59,434 nt of DNA. Source: an uncultured Bacillales bacterium (GTDB lineage: Bacteria > Bacillota_I > Bacilli_A > RFN20 > CAG-826). The stretch covers positions 1 to 59,434 of the forward strand of contig CAMKFP010000001.1 in NCBI GenBank assembly GCA_946411895.1, written 5' to 3'. Position numbers and translations under genes: made by a program. The stretch's first letter is position 1, and every line of letters begins with the position of its first letter. A model generated the notes under the pieces. The model was not told the DNA's origin. It did not search any database and worked only from the letters and a program-made list of their open reading frames with translations. This document shows positions 18,076 through 25,883 of the stretch, one piece after another.

Positions 18076-18076
18076 T

Positions 18077-19198
18077 ATGACGATAGTTAAAGAAAACGCC
18101 CCTCATATTAGGCGTAAAGCCTCTGTAACAAGAATGATGGTGGATGTGCTTATTGCATTAGCACCCACACTTGTTTTTGCTATTGCGGTTTATCCACTTC
18201 AAGCGAGTTACACCCTTCTAATTTCCTTATTCATCATGATTGGTTCTGAGTTTGTCTATGTCGGACTTAGAAACATGCTACCAAAAGATGATAAGAAACA
18301 TTCTTTCAAAGAAAGATTTAACTATGCCTATAAAGGCAAGTTTAATAGAAACAATGTTTTGACCGCTTCAATTAGCGCGGTCATATACACGCTCATTATG
18401 CCTGCGGGAGCGCCTATTTACGCGATTATTGTAGGTGCGTTTGCTGGTATCATCATTGGCAAACTCGTCTTTGGTGGACTAGGTAGTAACATCTTTAACC
18501 CCGCTGCGGTTGGCATGGTGTTTGCTAAGCTTTGCTTTGGTTCTCAATACGTCACTGATGTTCCAACTTGGTATTGCTCCATGAATGACCTTGGTGTGAG
18601 CGCCACTCCACTTGGTTACATCAATGGTGGATTCCTTTCTAACTATAATAACTACTCATTATCTAACTTATTCTTAGGCCAAATCCCAGGCACTCTTGGA
18701 GAAGTTTACAAAGTAACAATACTTGTTGGTCTAGTCTATTTACTTATTAGAAGAAGTGCTGATTTCCGCATTGTTTTAAGTTATTTAGGCGCATTCGCCT
18801 TATTCTCTTTAACTGCTGGACTTGCAGTCTATGCTTTAGATAGCAGTGTTAATCCATTCACATTCACTTTATATTCCATCCTCTCTGGTGGTGTTCTCTT
18901 TGGTGCGGTATTTATGCTTACTGATCCAGTCACCTCACCAATCAACTCTCCAAGTAGATGGATATATGGACTTATCGCTGCTGTAAGTACAGTCTTTATT
19001 CGTTTATTTGCCGCTCTTCCTGAAGGTGTCGGTTTCTCTATTCTTATCGCCAATATGTTTGCGGTGGTCTTAGACCATTATGAATGGAGCAATCCAAGAT
19101 ACACTTGGAAGAAGTTTTTAGCGATGGGATTACTTATAGTAATACCTGTAGCAATCATCTTCTTAAGTATCAGATTTGGAGGTGTATATCATGTCTAA
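18077..19198 (+). CDS. rnfD: Rnf complex subunit D
   Basis: Polytopic, with NIFNPAAVG, GVSATPLG (candidate FMN-acceptor Thr) and LTDPVTSP. The ATG at 18077 follows the rnfC stop; the ORF-track extension from 17987 overlaps rnfC and is discounted. Confidence 0.92.
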   Translation: MTIVKENAPHIRRKASVTRMMVDVLIALAPTLVFAIAVYPLQASYTLLISLFIMIGSEFVYVGLRNMLPKDDKKHSFKERFNYAYKGKFNRNNVLTASISAVIYTLIMPAGAPIYAIIVGAFAGIIIGKLVFGGLGSNIFNPAAVGMVFAKLCFGSQYVTDVPTWYCSMNDLGVSATPLGYINGGFLSNYNNYSLSNLFLGQIPGTLGEVYKVTILVGLVYLLIRRSADFRIVLSYLGAFALFSLTAGLAVYALDSSVNPFTFTLYSILSGGVLFGAVFMLTDPVTSPINSPSRWIYGLIAAVSTVFIRLFAALPEGVGFSILIANMFAVVLDHYEWSNPRYTWKKFLAMGLLIVIPVAIIFLSIRFGGVYHV

Positions 19199-19718
19199 CG
19201 CCAAGAAATACATCCTCACCTCTGTCACTTTAGGAGCGATTGCCTCTTCTAGTGCTTTACTTATCGGTTTAGCTAATCTCATCACTAAAGATCAGATTAA
19301 GAAAAACGAAGCCGCTCAAACAAGAGCGGGTTTAGCCCAGATCTATGGCTCTAACGCCACATATGGTGACGCCGTTGCTATTAACGATAAGAATTATTCT
19401 CATCTTATTTGTTATTACCCAGCTTCAATTGATAATGACCCAGTGGGCAATGTCTTTAAGGCTAGTGGCAAAAACGAATATGGCGATATCACTCTTCTTG
19501 TTGGTGTTTCTACCAATAATGAAGCTGGACAAATCTATCTCATCACCAATACACAAAGCTATGCTTCCACTCTAGTGAATAACTATGTTGGTCCATATAA
19601 CAATGGTCGAGTTGAATTTGACGATGTTTCTTGTGGCGCTACTCATGGAGCAGAGTTAGTAAGAGATTTAGTGCTTGAAGCCGTTAACTGGTCTATCGCA
19701 CAGGGAGGAGGTAATTAA
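19191..19718 (+). CDS. rnfG: Rnf complex subunit G (FMN-binding)
   Basis: N-terminal TM anchor, FMN_bind-type C-terminus with DDVSCGATHGAE (GAT flavinylation site). GGAGG RBS upstream of the ATG at 19191. Confidence 0.9.
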   Translation: MSNAKKYILTSVTLGAIASSSALLIGLANLITKDQIKKNEAAQTRAGLAQIYGSNATYGDAVAINDKNYSHLICYYPASIDNDPVGNVFKASGKNEYGDITLLVGVSTNNEAGQIYLITNTQSYASTLVNNYVGPYNNGRVEFDDVSCGATHGAELVRDLVLEAVNWSIAQGGGN

Positions 19719-19719
19719 T

Positions 19720-20472
19720 ATGGCAAAAGAAAAAGGCCACACTAAGAAGAACTTCCTCAAGGGTATCCTAATTGAGAACCCATTATTCGTTTCTGTTTTA
19801 GGAACCTGTCCTGCTTTAGCGACCACTAAAACCATTGAAGCGGCTATTGGTATGGGATTACTCTTCACCATAGTTTTAATCTGCTCTAACGTTTTAGTTT
19901 CTTTATTAAGAAAACTCATCCCTGAAGAGATTAAGACACCTGCTTATATCGTGATTATTGCGACATTTGTGACTATCGTGAAGATGCTCACTAATGCCTT
20001 CTTACCTGCCTTATATAGCACACTTGGTGTGTTCATCTCTCTAATTGTTGTGAACTGTATAGTTCTTGGTAGAGCAGAAGCCTACGCTAGCAAGAACGGA
20101 GTCTTTGACTCATTCATTGATGCTTGTGGTATGGGTTTGGGTTATACCTTGGCGCTTATTTCTATGGCACTCTTTAGAGAGATCTTAGGTTCAGGCATGA
20201 TCACATTTGGTGAAATATTCACCTTCATCCCATTAACGAGAATTCCAATCCTTACATATATGAAATCGGATTACACAGTTGTGTATGATTATTCCATTTC
20301 CTTATTCTCCACTCCAGTGGGAGCATTTATTGTCTTTGCTTTTATCTTAGGTGTCATGGCTTTCATCAAAAATAGAAAGAATGAACTTAAGACCTATCAA
20401 GAAAGACAAGAGAAACTTAGAAAAGCCGCAGAAGCTAAAGCTGCCTCTATGCAAGGAGGTAATCAACAATGA
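19720..20472 (+). CDS. rnfE: Rnf complex subunit E
   Basis: NPLFVSVLGTCPALA and VVNCIVLGRAEAYA motifs. GGAGGAGG RBS before the ATG at 19720. Ends with TGA, overlapping the rnfA ATG. Confidence 0.92.
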   Translation: MAKEKGHTKKNFLKGILIENPLFVSVLGTCPALATTKTIEAAIGMGLLFTIVLICSNVLVSLLRKLIPEEIKTPAYIVIIATFVTIVKMLTNAFLPALYSTLGVFISLIVVNCIVLGRAEAYASKNGVFDSFIDACGMGLGYTLALISMALFREILGSGMITFGEIFTFIPLTRIPILTYMKSDYTVVYDYSISLFSTPVGAFIVFAFILGVMAFIKNRKNELKTYQERQEKLRKAAEAKAASMQGGNQQ

Positions 20473-21065
20473 AAGAGATTTTAACATTTGTTTTAGCGAT
20501 TGTTTCCGCGATGCTTATTGATAACGTCGTCCTATCAAGATTCTATGGCATTTGCCCGTTCTTAGGTGTTTCTAAGAAGGTTAAGTCCGCTCTTGGTATG
20601 GGCATCGCTGTTGTTTTCGTTATTGTTTTAGCGACTGTAATTTGTTGGCCGCTATATAATTACATACTCGTTCCAGCGGGAATTGAGTTCATGGATACAG
20701 TGGCTTATATCTTAGTAATAGCTTCTTTAGTCCAATTAGTTGGCCTATTTATCAAGAAACATTCTCCATCGCTTTATAAGACTTTAGGTATATATTTGCC
20801 ATTAATAACCACGAATTGCGCGGTTTTAGGTGTTGCTCAGGGAAATACAGATCAGGCTTTAAGTTTCATTGATTCCCTTGCTAATGGCTTAGGAACGTCA
20901 CTTGGTTTCTTATTTGTCATCGTGGTGTTTAGCTGCATTAGAGTGAGATTAGAATCCGCGAATACACCTAAAGCTTTGAAGGGCTTACCAATCGCTTTAA
21001 TCACCGCAGCGATTATGGCGATGGCCTTTATGGGACTCCAAGGATTATTTTCAGGAATAGTGTAA
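20469..21065 (+). CDS. rnfA: Rnf complex subunit A
   Basis: NVVLSRFYGICPFLGVS and ITTNCAVLGVA motifs; 6 TM. Confidence 0.92.
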   Translation: MKEILTFVLAIVSAMLIDNVVLSRFYGICPFLGVSKKVKSALGMGIAVVFVIVLATVICWPLYNYILVPAGIEFMDTVAYILVIASLVQLVGLFIKKHSPSLYKTLGIYLPLITTNCAVLGVAQGNTDQALSFIDSLANGLGTSLGFLFVIVVFSCIRVRLESANTPKALKGLPIALITAAIMAMAFMGLQGLFSGIV

Positions 21066-21066
21066 T

Positions 21067-21264
21067 ATGCCAAAAGAAGGATATTTAGTTTTAGCTATCT
21101 CAATTCTTGTCGCTCTTGTGATAGTTTTCGTTGTCTCCTTTGTTTTATATAAGAGAACTCCAGTCCCAAAAGGATGCGAAAATCTCAAAGTGAACGAAGA
21201 GAATTGTTCTATGTGCGGTCATGAAGAATGTCCTCATTATGTGAAAAAGGAGGAAGAGAAGTAA
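21067..21264 (+). CDS. 65-aa membrane-anchored Cys-rich protein embedded between rnfA and rnfB
   Basis: One TM helix (LVLAISILVALVIVFVVSFVLY) followed by C-x10-C-x2-C-x4-C-P (CENLKVNEENCSMCGHEECP). Tightly packed: 1 nt after the rnfA stop, and its own stop overlaps the rnfB ATG. Confidence 0.6.
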   Translation: MPKEGYLVLAISILVALVIVFVVSFVLYKRTPVPKGCENLKVNEENCSMCGHEECPHYVKKEEEK

Positions 21265-21584
21265 TGAAAGAAGTCCTACTTGCTGTCCTTATTTTATTGG
21301 CTATCGGTTTACTTCTAGGCCTTGGTTTAGTCGTGGCCGCGAAAGTCCTCCATGTGAAAGAAGATGAAAGAATTGAAGAAGTTACTAAGAGACTTCCTAA
21401 CTATAACTGTGGCTCTTGTGGCTATGCGGGTTGTAAGTCTATGGCGGAGGCTATAGTTTCTGGCAAAGAAGAAAACCTTAAGAAATGTAAACCTGGTAAA
21501 GAAGAGACAAACTTTAAACCAATTATTGAATACTTAGATAACCATCCAAACGAAGATGGTTCAAAAGTCAAAGTCCACCTCTAA
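21264..21584 (+). CDS. rnfB: Minimal RnfB: TM anchor plus N-terminal Fe-S domain only (no polyferredoxin domains)
   Basis: 106 aa. TM helix, then LPNYNCGSCGYAGCKSMAEAIVSG...KCKPG, the RnfB N-terminal CxxCxxxxC...C cluster motif. No CxxCxxCxxxCP repeats follow. Confidence 0.8.
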   Translation: MKEVLLAVLILLAIGLLLGLGLVVAAKVLHVKEDERIEEVTKRLPNYNCGSCGYAGCKSMAEAIVSGKEENLKKCKPGKEETNFKPIIEYLDNHPNEDGSKVKVHL

Positions 21585-21599
21585 AGGACTTTTTCATAT

Positions 21600-22559
21600 A
21601 TGAAGAAATTACCCATTTTATTCTTACCAATATCTTGTTTGTGCGCTTGTTCAACTACAAATACAAAGTTACCTTTAGTTATCATGGAATACTATTTTTC
21701 TTCTTTAGTTGAAGTCAGACTTTATGATGGCTCTAGGGAAGATCTGCGCGAAATTCCATCTCTCTTGGATAAATACGATCAACTTTCTGATAATTATCAT
21801 CAAAAAGGGAATGAGAATAGTGTTTATACACTTAATGAGACCAATGACGAAGTAACGGTATCTAATGATCTTCATGATTTATTAGAAAAAGCCCTTGAAT
21901 TAAAGACTGCCACTAATGGTTACTTCGAACCGCTAATTGGAAAGCTATCTAAACTGTGGAAAGAATCGCTTAAAAACAAACAAGTTTTATCCCAAAGCGT
22001 CATTGAAGAAGAATTAGACAAGATTAATAATTCTGAGCTTATTCTTTTAGACGAGGCCACTCAAAGAATGGGGCAAGCTGAAATTGATTTAGGTGCAATA
22101 GCCAAAGGCTATGCTTTAGATAAAGTTAAAGAATATCTCGACGCTAAAGAAGAAAAACAATATTTGATCAACGCTGGCAATTCATCAATCCTTCTAGGAG
22201 AAAAAAACACCAAGAGTGGTCTATTTAATGTTGGACTCAAATACTACAACAATGCTTATCTAAGCTTGAAGAATTGTTTTATTGGAGCAAGTGGTGTTCA
22301 AGAACAAGGAGTGAGCATTGATGGAGTGACTTATTCTCATATCATTAACCCTTTTACTGGCTCCGCAATCAACAACTATGATTTCACTTTTGTCGTCGGT
22401 AATAATGGTGCGCTTGTCGATGCTTTATCAACATCTTTTATGATGATGGATTTAAAACAAATTCAACAAATTGAGGCCACTTTTAACGTATATTCTCTTG
22501 TTTTTAAAGATAATCGAATGGTTTATTGTAATGAGAATCTTGAGGTGAAATATCACTAA
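21600..22559 (+). CDS. apbE: FAD:protein FMN transferase (ApbE) lipoprotein
   Basis: Lipobox ISCLCAC. ApbE blocks FEPLIGKLSKLW, IDLGAIAKGYALDKV and SHIINPFTG. Confidence 0.9.
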   Translation: MKKLPILFLPISCLCACSTTNTKLPLVIMEYYFSSLVEVRLYDGSREDLREIPSLLDKYDQLSDNYHQKGNENSVYTLNETNDEVTVSNDLHDLLEKALELKTATNGYFEPLIGKLSKLWKESLKNKQVLSQSVIEEELDKINNSELILLDEATQRMGQAEIDLGAIAKGYALDKVKEYLDAKEEKQYLINAGNSSILLGEKNTKSGLFNVGLKYYNNAYLSLKNCFIGASGVQEQGVSIDGVTYSHIINPFTGSAINNYDFTFVVGNNGALVDALSTSFMMMDLKQIQQIEATFNVYSLVFKDNRMVYCNENLEVKYH

Positions 22560-22560
22560 T

Positions 22561-22941
22561 ATGGAAAAGAAAAAGATTAGAAATGACCTCATCCTCATCT
22601 TTGTGATTTTCGCTTTATGTATCAGTGCAATTGTGATTGTTTTACTTAGCCACCGTAGAAAAGATAATCTAGTTGCTAAAGTCTATGTGAGAAACGATGT
22701 AGTAGAAGTAATTGACTTATCAATAAAAGAAGAAAGGCTTTATGAGATTGAAGGAACAGAAGGCTACTTAACTATCTCTGCTAAAAATGGTGGAGTGGCT
22801 GTCATACATTCTGATTGCCCGAATCAAGACTGCGTTCATATGGGATATGTTTATGAGACAAATCGTCCTATTATTTGTATTCATAACGGTGTTTATATCA
22901 TTATTGTTGGTAAGGCTTTTAATGATGTGGAGGCTGGATAA
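22561..22941 (+). CDS. NusG domain II-containing membrane protein (DUF1312-type)
   Basis: 126 aa. N-terminal TM helix, then ...IHSDCPNQDCVHMGYV...PIICIHNGVYIIIV, matching the CPxxxC...G..C.P NusG_II pattern. Confidence 0.75.
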   Translation: MEKKKIRNDLILIFVIFALCISAIVIVLLSHRRKDNLVAKVYVRNDVVEVIDLSIKEERLYEIEGTEGYLTISAKNGGVAVIHSDCPNQDCVHMGYVYETNRPIICIHNGVYIIIVGKAFNDVEAG

Positions 22942-23462
22942 TGAAAAATGTTCATAAACTAGCTCTCATCGCTATATTAACCGCCGGGGCCATAGTGATT
23001 TCTATTATTGAATCATTTATCCCTAGTGTTGGTATTCCTGGTATCAAACTTGGCCTCGCTAATATTTTGATTTTAGTCACTTTATATGAACTTGGCGTCA
23101 AAGAAGCCATCTTTGTGAATATCTCTAGAGTCTTATTAAGCGCTTTATTAAGAGGCACGATATTTGGCATGGGCTTCTTCATGTCAGTTTCTGGAGCAGT
23201 TTTCTCCTTCCTAGCGATGCTCCTTTTATTCCTCTTAATTAAGAAGTTTTCCATCATTGGAGTGAGTGTTGTAGGATCGATTTTTCACGTCCTTGCTCAG
23301 CTCGCTGTCGCATGGATTTATCTTGGCTCAGTCGTGGTTTTTGTCTATCTCCCATTCATCATGTTGAGTGCTCTTTTGACTGGTATTTTTGTGGGTGCAG
23401 TCGCTCGTTTAATCATCAAGACAGGCATCATAAAAAAGCAAAAAGAGACCTATAACTTTTAA
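22941..23462 (+). CDS. Gx transporter family membrane protein (heptaprenyl-diphosphate-synthase-component-I-like family)
   Basis: 173 aa, 5 TM. The ...IESFIPSVGIPGIKLGLANILILVTLY... signature is typical of this family. The start overlaps the upstream stop. Confidence 0.75.
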   Translation: MKNVHKLALIAILTAGAIVISIIESFIPSVGIPGIKLGLANILILVTLYELGVKEAIFVNISRVLLSALLRGTIFGMGFFMSVSGAVFSFLAMLLLFLLIKKFSIIGVSVVGSIFHVLAQLAVAWIYLGSVVVFVYLPFIMLSALLTGIFVGAVARLIIKTGIIKKQKETYNF

Positions 23463-23499
23463 TAAACAATATAAAATATTAGAAAACTTTTCTTTTTAT

Positions 23500-23521
23500 A
23501 GAACACATAGTGTTCTTTTTC
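23500..23521 (+). terminator. Rho-independent terminator ending the rnf-apbE-Gx transcription unit
   Basis: AGAACAC-ATA-GTGTTCT followed by TTTTT. Confidence 0.75.
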
Positions 23522-23633
23522 CTTATATATTACGTGTGCACATAAAAAATGAAAAAATTCTTGCTTAATTCAGTAGAAACAGGCAAAATATCGGCAATTA
23601 TTTATTTTTTATGAAAGGAGAATTACTAAGTTT

Positions 23634-25058
23634 ATGAAAAGTAAAAAATTATTGACTCTTTCATTACTTGCTACCCTTGGCTTAGCCGGTTGTGGCGGTG
23701 GCGGTGGTGGCAACAACAAGCCAAAGATTGGTCCTTGGGGTGAAGAACTCGAAGCTTTAATGAAAGAAGCACTTTATGGTGAAGTCTTACCTTATATCGA
23801 TGAGTTCAAAGATAAAGAATTCGAATTTGAAGTCTTTGATGGAAAACTCTATATTGACGGCGAAGCGACATTTACGACTGCTGATGTAGAAGCTTATGCT
23901 GCTCAATTCGAAGGTTGGGAAGACTACAGCGAAGATGCCGGTTATCCATTCTTTGCGAAAGAAGTTGAGGTTGGTGGTGTTGCTCACGAAATCGATGTAA
24001 TGTTCGCTTTGGTCGATGAAGAAGGCTATTTAGCCGAAGAAGAACCAGCTTCATTAACGATTATTGCTGGTGATCCAGGTGCATGGCCAGCAGATACTGC
24101 CGCTGGAATCATTGATTATTTATCTGATGGTGAAAGCGATGCTGTTGTTCCTGCTTTTGAAGGCGGAACTTATGTTGAAGTGGATACAGATTGGATTTTC
24201 TTTGGACTTGCTGCAATCTATGTCGATTGTACAGAAGCTCAATTTGAAGATTATCTAGATAAATTCGTCGAACCAGCTTGGGTGCTTAACTATAGCGAAG
24301 AAGATGAAGCATATTTTGCTGTTTCTGAAGATCAATTAATTCAAATCGATCTTTCCTTCACAGCTTATTCTGATGGCTCTGGCGGATATGCGTATATCGG
24401 ATTCTCTATTTATGTTGCGCCAATTACTGGTTGGCCAGCAGACGACGTCGCTGCAATTGTCGAATCTTTATCTCCAGGAAGCTCAACTGTTATTCCAGCA
24501 TTCACCGCTTCTGAAGATTTTGAAGTTTATTCAACACAAATTTGGTGCACAACCGAAGATACAACAGCCGCTGATGTTTATGCCGGTATTCTTACTCAAG
24601 CATCATGGGATGTCACTGGACCAGATGAAGAAGATGATGGTAGTTATGAAGCTATTTCTCCAGCTGGAGATATTAAGCTCTATTTCTATTACAGCGCAGA
24701 TTGGGGCCAATTAGCTATTTATTTCTATGCCGTTCCACGTGCTGAATTCCCACTTAACACAGTGAACACATTCTTAACAACTTATGGTCTTGGTTTCCAA
24801 TTAAGTGAAGCTTTACCAGATCCTGTAGGTGAAGGATATACCGTTTCTTCCTTTGTGGATGGCTCATATCACGGATTATCCGTTCAGGTTAGCGGTGATC
24901 AAGGTGAAGCCTTCAATAACATTTTAGAACCAATTTTAACCGCTGCTGGTTATACAAAATCCGCTTCTAGTGGATACTATTCATATTCCAACGCTGCTGA
25001 CCACATTGTTAATATTATCTATAGTTCTACTGAAACCTCTGTTGTTTTCTGGGAATAA
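23634..25058 (+). CDS. Highly acidic lipoprotein built from about four tandem ~110-aa repeats; function unknown
   Basis: Lipobox LGLAGC followed by a Gly6 linker. Recurring module starts: GPWGEELEALMKEAL, GAWPADTAAGIIDYLSDGESDAVVPAFEGG, TGWPADDVAAIVESLSPGSSTVIPAFTAS, AEFPLNTVNTFLTTYG. GGAG RBS upstream. Confidence 0.8.
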   Translation: MKSKKLLTLSLLATLGLAGCGGGGGGNNKPKIGPWGEELEALMKEALYGEVLPYIDEFKDKEFEFEVFDGKLYIDGEATFTTADVEAYAAQFEGWEDYSEDAGYPFFAKEVEVGGVAHEIDVMFALVDEEGYLAEEEPASLTIIAGDPGAWPADTAAGIIDYLSDGESDAVVPAFEGGTYVEVDTDWIFFGLAAIYVDCTEAQFEDYLDKFVEPAWVLNYSEEDEAYFAVSEDQLIQIDLSFTAYSDGSGGYAYIGFSIYVAPITGWPADDVAAIVESLSPGSSTVIPAFTASEDFEVYSTQIWCTTEDTTAADVYAGILTQASWDVTGPDEEDDGSYEAISPAGDIKLYFYYSADWGQLAIYFYAVPRAEFPLNTVNTFLTTYGLGFQLSEALPDPVGEGYTVSSFVDGSYHGLSVQVSGDQGEAFNNILEPILTAAGYTKSASSGYYSYSNAADHIVNIIYSSTETSVVFWE

Positions 25059-25082
25059 TAGTTGATTATTACATTACAAATT

Positions 25083-25107
25083 GGGTGCGTTTATCGCACC
25101 CTTTTTT
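25083..25107 (+). terminator. Rho-independent terminator
   Basis: GGGTGCG-TTTAT-CGCACCC followed by TTTTTT. Confidence 0.85.
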
Positions 25108-25185
25108 GTGCTCTATTCTCTTTTTAAGAAACATATGTTTATTAAAAGTTGAATTTATGATATTGTGAATAAGAAAGAGATATAT

Positions 25186-25869
25186 ATGGAAGATAAGGTC
25201 AAAATTATCGAAATCAAAAAAAGTGTTTTTGCCGCGAACGAAAAAACCGCTGATGATTTACGAGAAGAATTAAAACAAAAAGGTGTCTTTCTTCTTAACG
25301 TGATGTCTTCTCCTGGATCAGGTAAGACAACCACACTTGTGGAATTAATCAACGCCTTAAAGGATAAAATCAAGATTGCCGTTATGGAAGCCGACATTGA
25401 TAGTGATGTCGACGCTTTAACTGTGGCGAAGAAAACAGGAGTGCAATCCATTCAACTTCATACAGGTGGAATGTGCCATTTAGACGCTGAGATGACCTCT
25501 CAAGGACTTAATGGATTATCTAATCTAGACGATCTTGATTTAGTTATCTTAGAAAATGTTGGTAATCTAGTCTGCCCTGCTGAGTTTGATACAGGTGCCG
25601 TAACAAGCCTAACCATCCTTTCAGTTCCTGAAGGTGATGATAAGCCACTTAAGTATCCACTGATGTATCAAGTGTGTTCACTAGTGGTTATTAATAAAAT
25701 TGACGTACTTCCATATTTCACATTTGATGTCGCGAAATGTAAAGAGAACATCAAGATGAGAAATCCAAACGCCGAAGTGATTGAAATATCCGCTCTTAAA
25801 AAAGAAGGTATTGATAAACTTGCTGACTGGGTTTTAAAACAAGTTAAAAACTGGAAAGAGAATAAGTAG
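25186..25869 (+). CDS. hypB: Hydrogenase/urease-type nickel-incorporation GTPase HypB
   Basis: P-loop SSPGSGKTT, metal ligands GGMCHLDA and ENVGNLVCPAEFD, and NKID. No N-terminal CxxCGC or His-rich stretch. The ORF opens with GTG at 25165; ATG 25186 is preferred. Confidence 0.88.
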   Translation: MEDKVKIIEIKKSVFAANEKTADDLREELKQKGVFLLNVMSSPGSGKTTTLVELINALKDKIKIAVMEADIDSDVDALTVAKKTGVQSIQLHTGGMCHLDAEMTSQGLNGLSNLDDLDLVILENVGNLVCPAEFDTGAVTSLTILSVPEGDDKPLKYPLMYQVCSLVVINKIDVLPYFTFDVAKCKENIKMRNPNAEVIEISALKKEGIDKLADWVLKQVKNWKENK

Positions 25870-25883
25870 GAGGAGAAATACTT

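Noticed and set aside
17987-18076. N-terminal extensions given by the ORF track for rnfD and several other genes. The others are rnfG (19176), rnfE (19675), rnfB (21228), lgt (11409), rsmG (43784), sufU (40196), ribU (45582), the second lipoprotein (35416) and the GT8 fusion (9665).
   Set aside because: The extensions overlap the upstream gene or a riboswitch and produce non-homologous leaders. Internal ATGs with an RBS, or immediately after the upstream stop, give canonical N-termini.
18599-19643. Apparent deviation of the RnfD (V-S-A-T) and RnfG (S-C-G-A-T) flavinylation motifs from the textbook S-G-A-T.
   Set aside because: Both retain the A-T acceptor context followed by conserved residues. 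From memory, S-A-T-P-L variants occur in other Gram-positive RnfD proteins, so this is not clearly unusual.
23559-23624. A 21-codon upstream ORF (MKKFLLNSVETGKISAIIYFL) before the acidic lipoprotein gene, and a similar 22-codon ORF at about 37313-37381 before sufC.
   Set aside because: Neither has a Shine-Dalgarno sequence, and neither has a recognisable leader-peptide logic such as a run of regulatory codons. They are probably chance ORFs.
23689-23716. GGC/GGT micro-repeat encoding Gly6 after the lipobox Cys, as a possible phase-variation tract.
   Set aside because: It is an in-frame trinucleotide-type repeat of only about 6 units with mixed codons. Slippage would change linker length, not switch expression, and a single sequence gives no evidence of variability.
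23787-24714. A cluster of four alternative-frame ORFs on both strands inside the acidic lipoprotein gene, which could suggest overlapping genes.
   Set aside because: The cluster is explained by the stop-poor, GA/GC-rich codon composition of that gene. The translations are repetitive (Q/L/H-rich) and have no start context.
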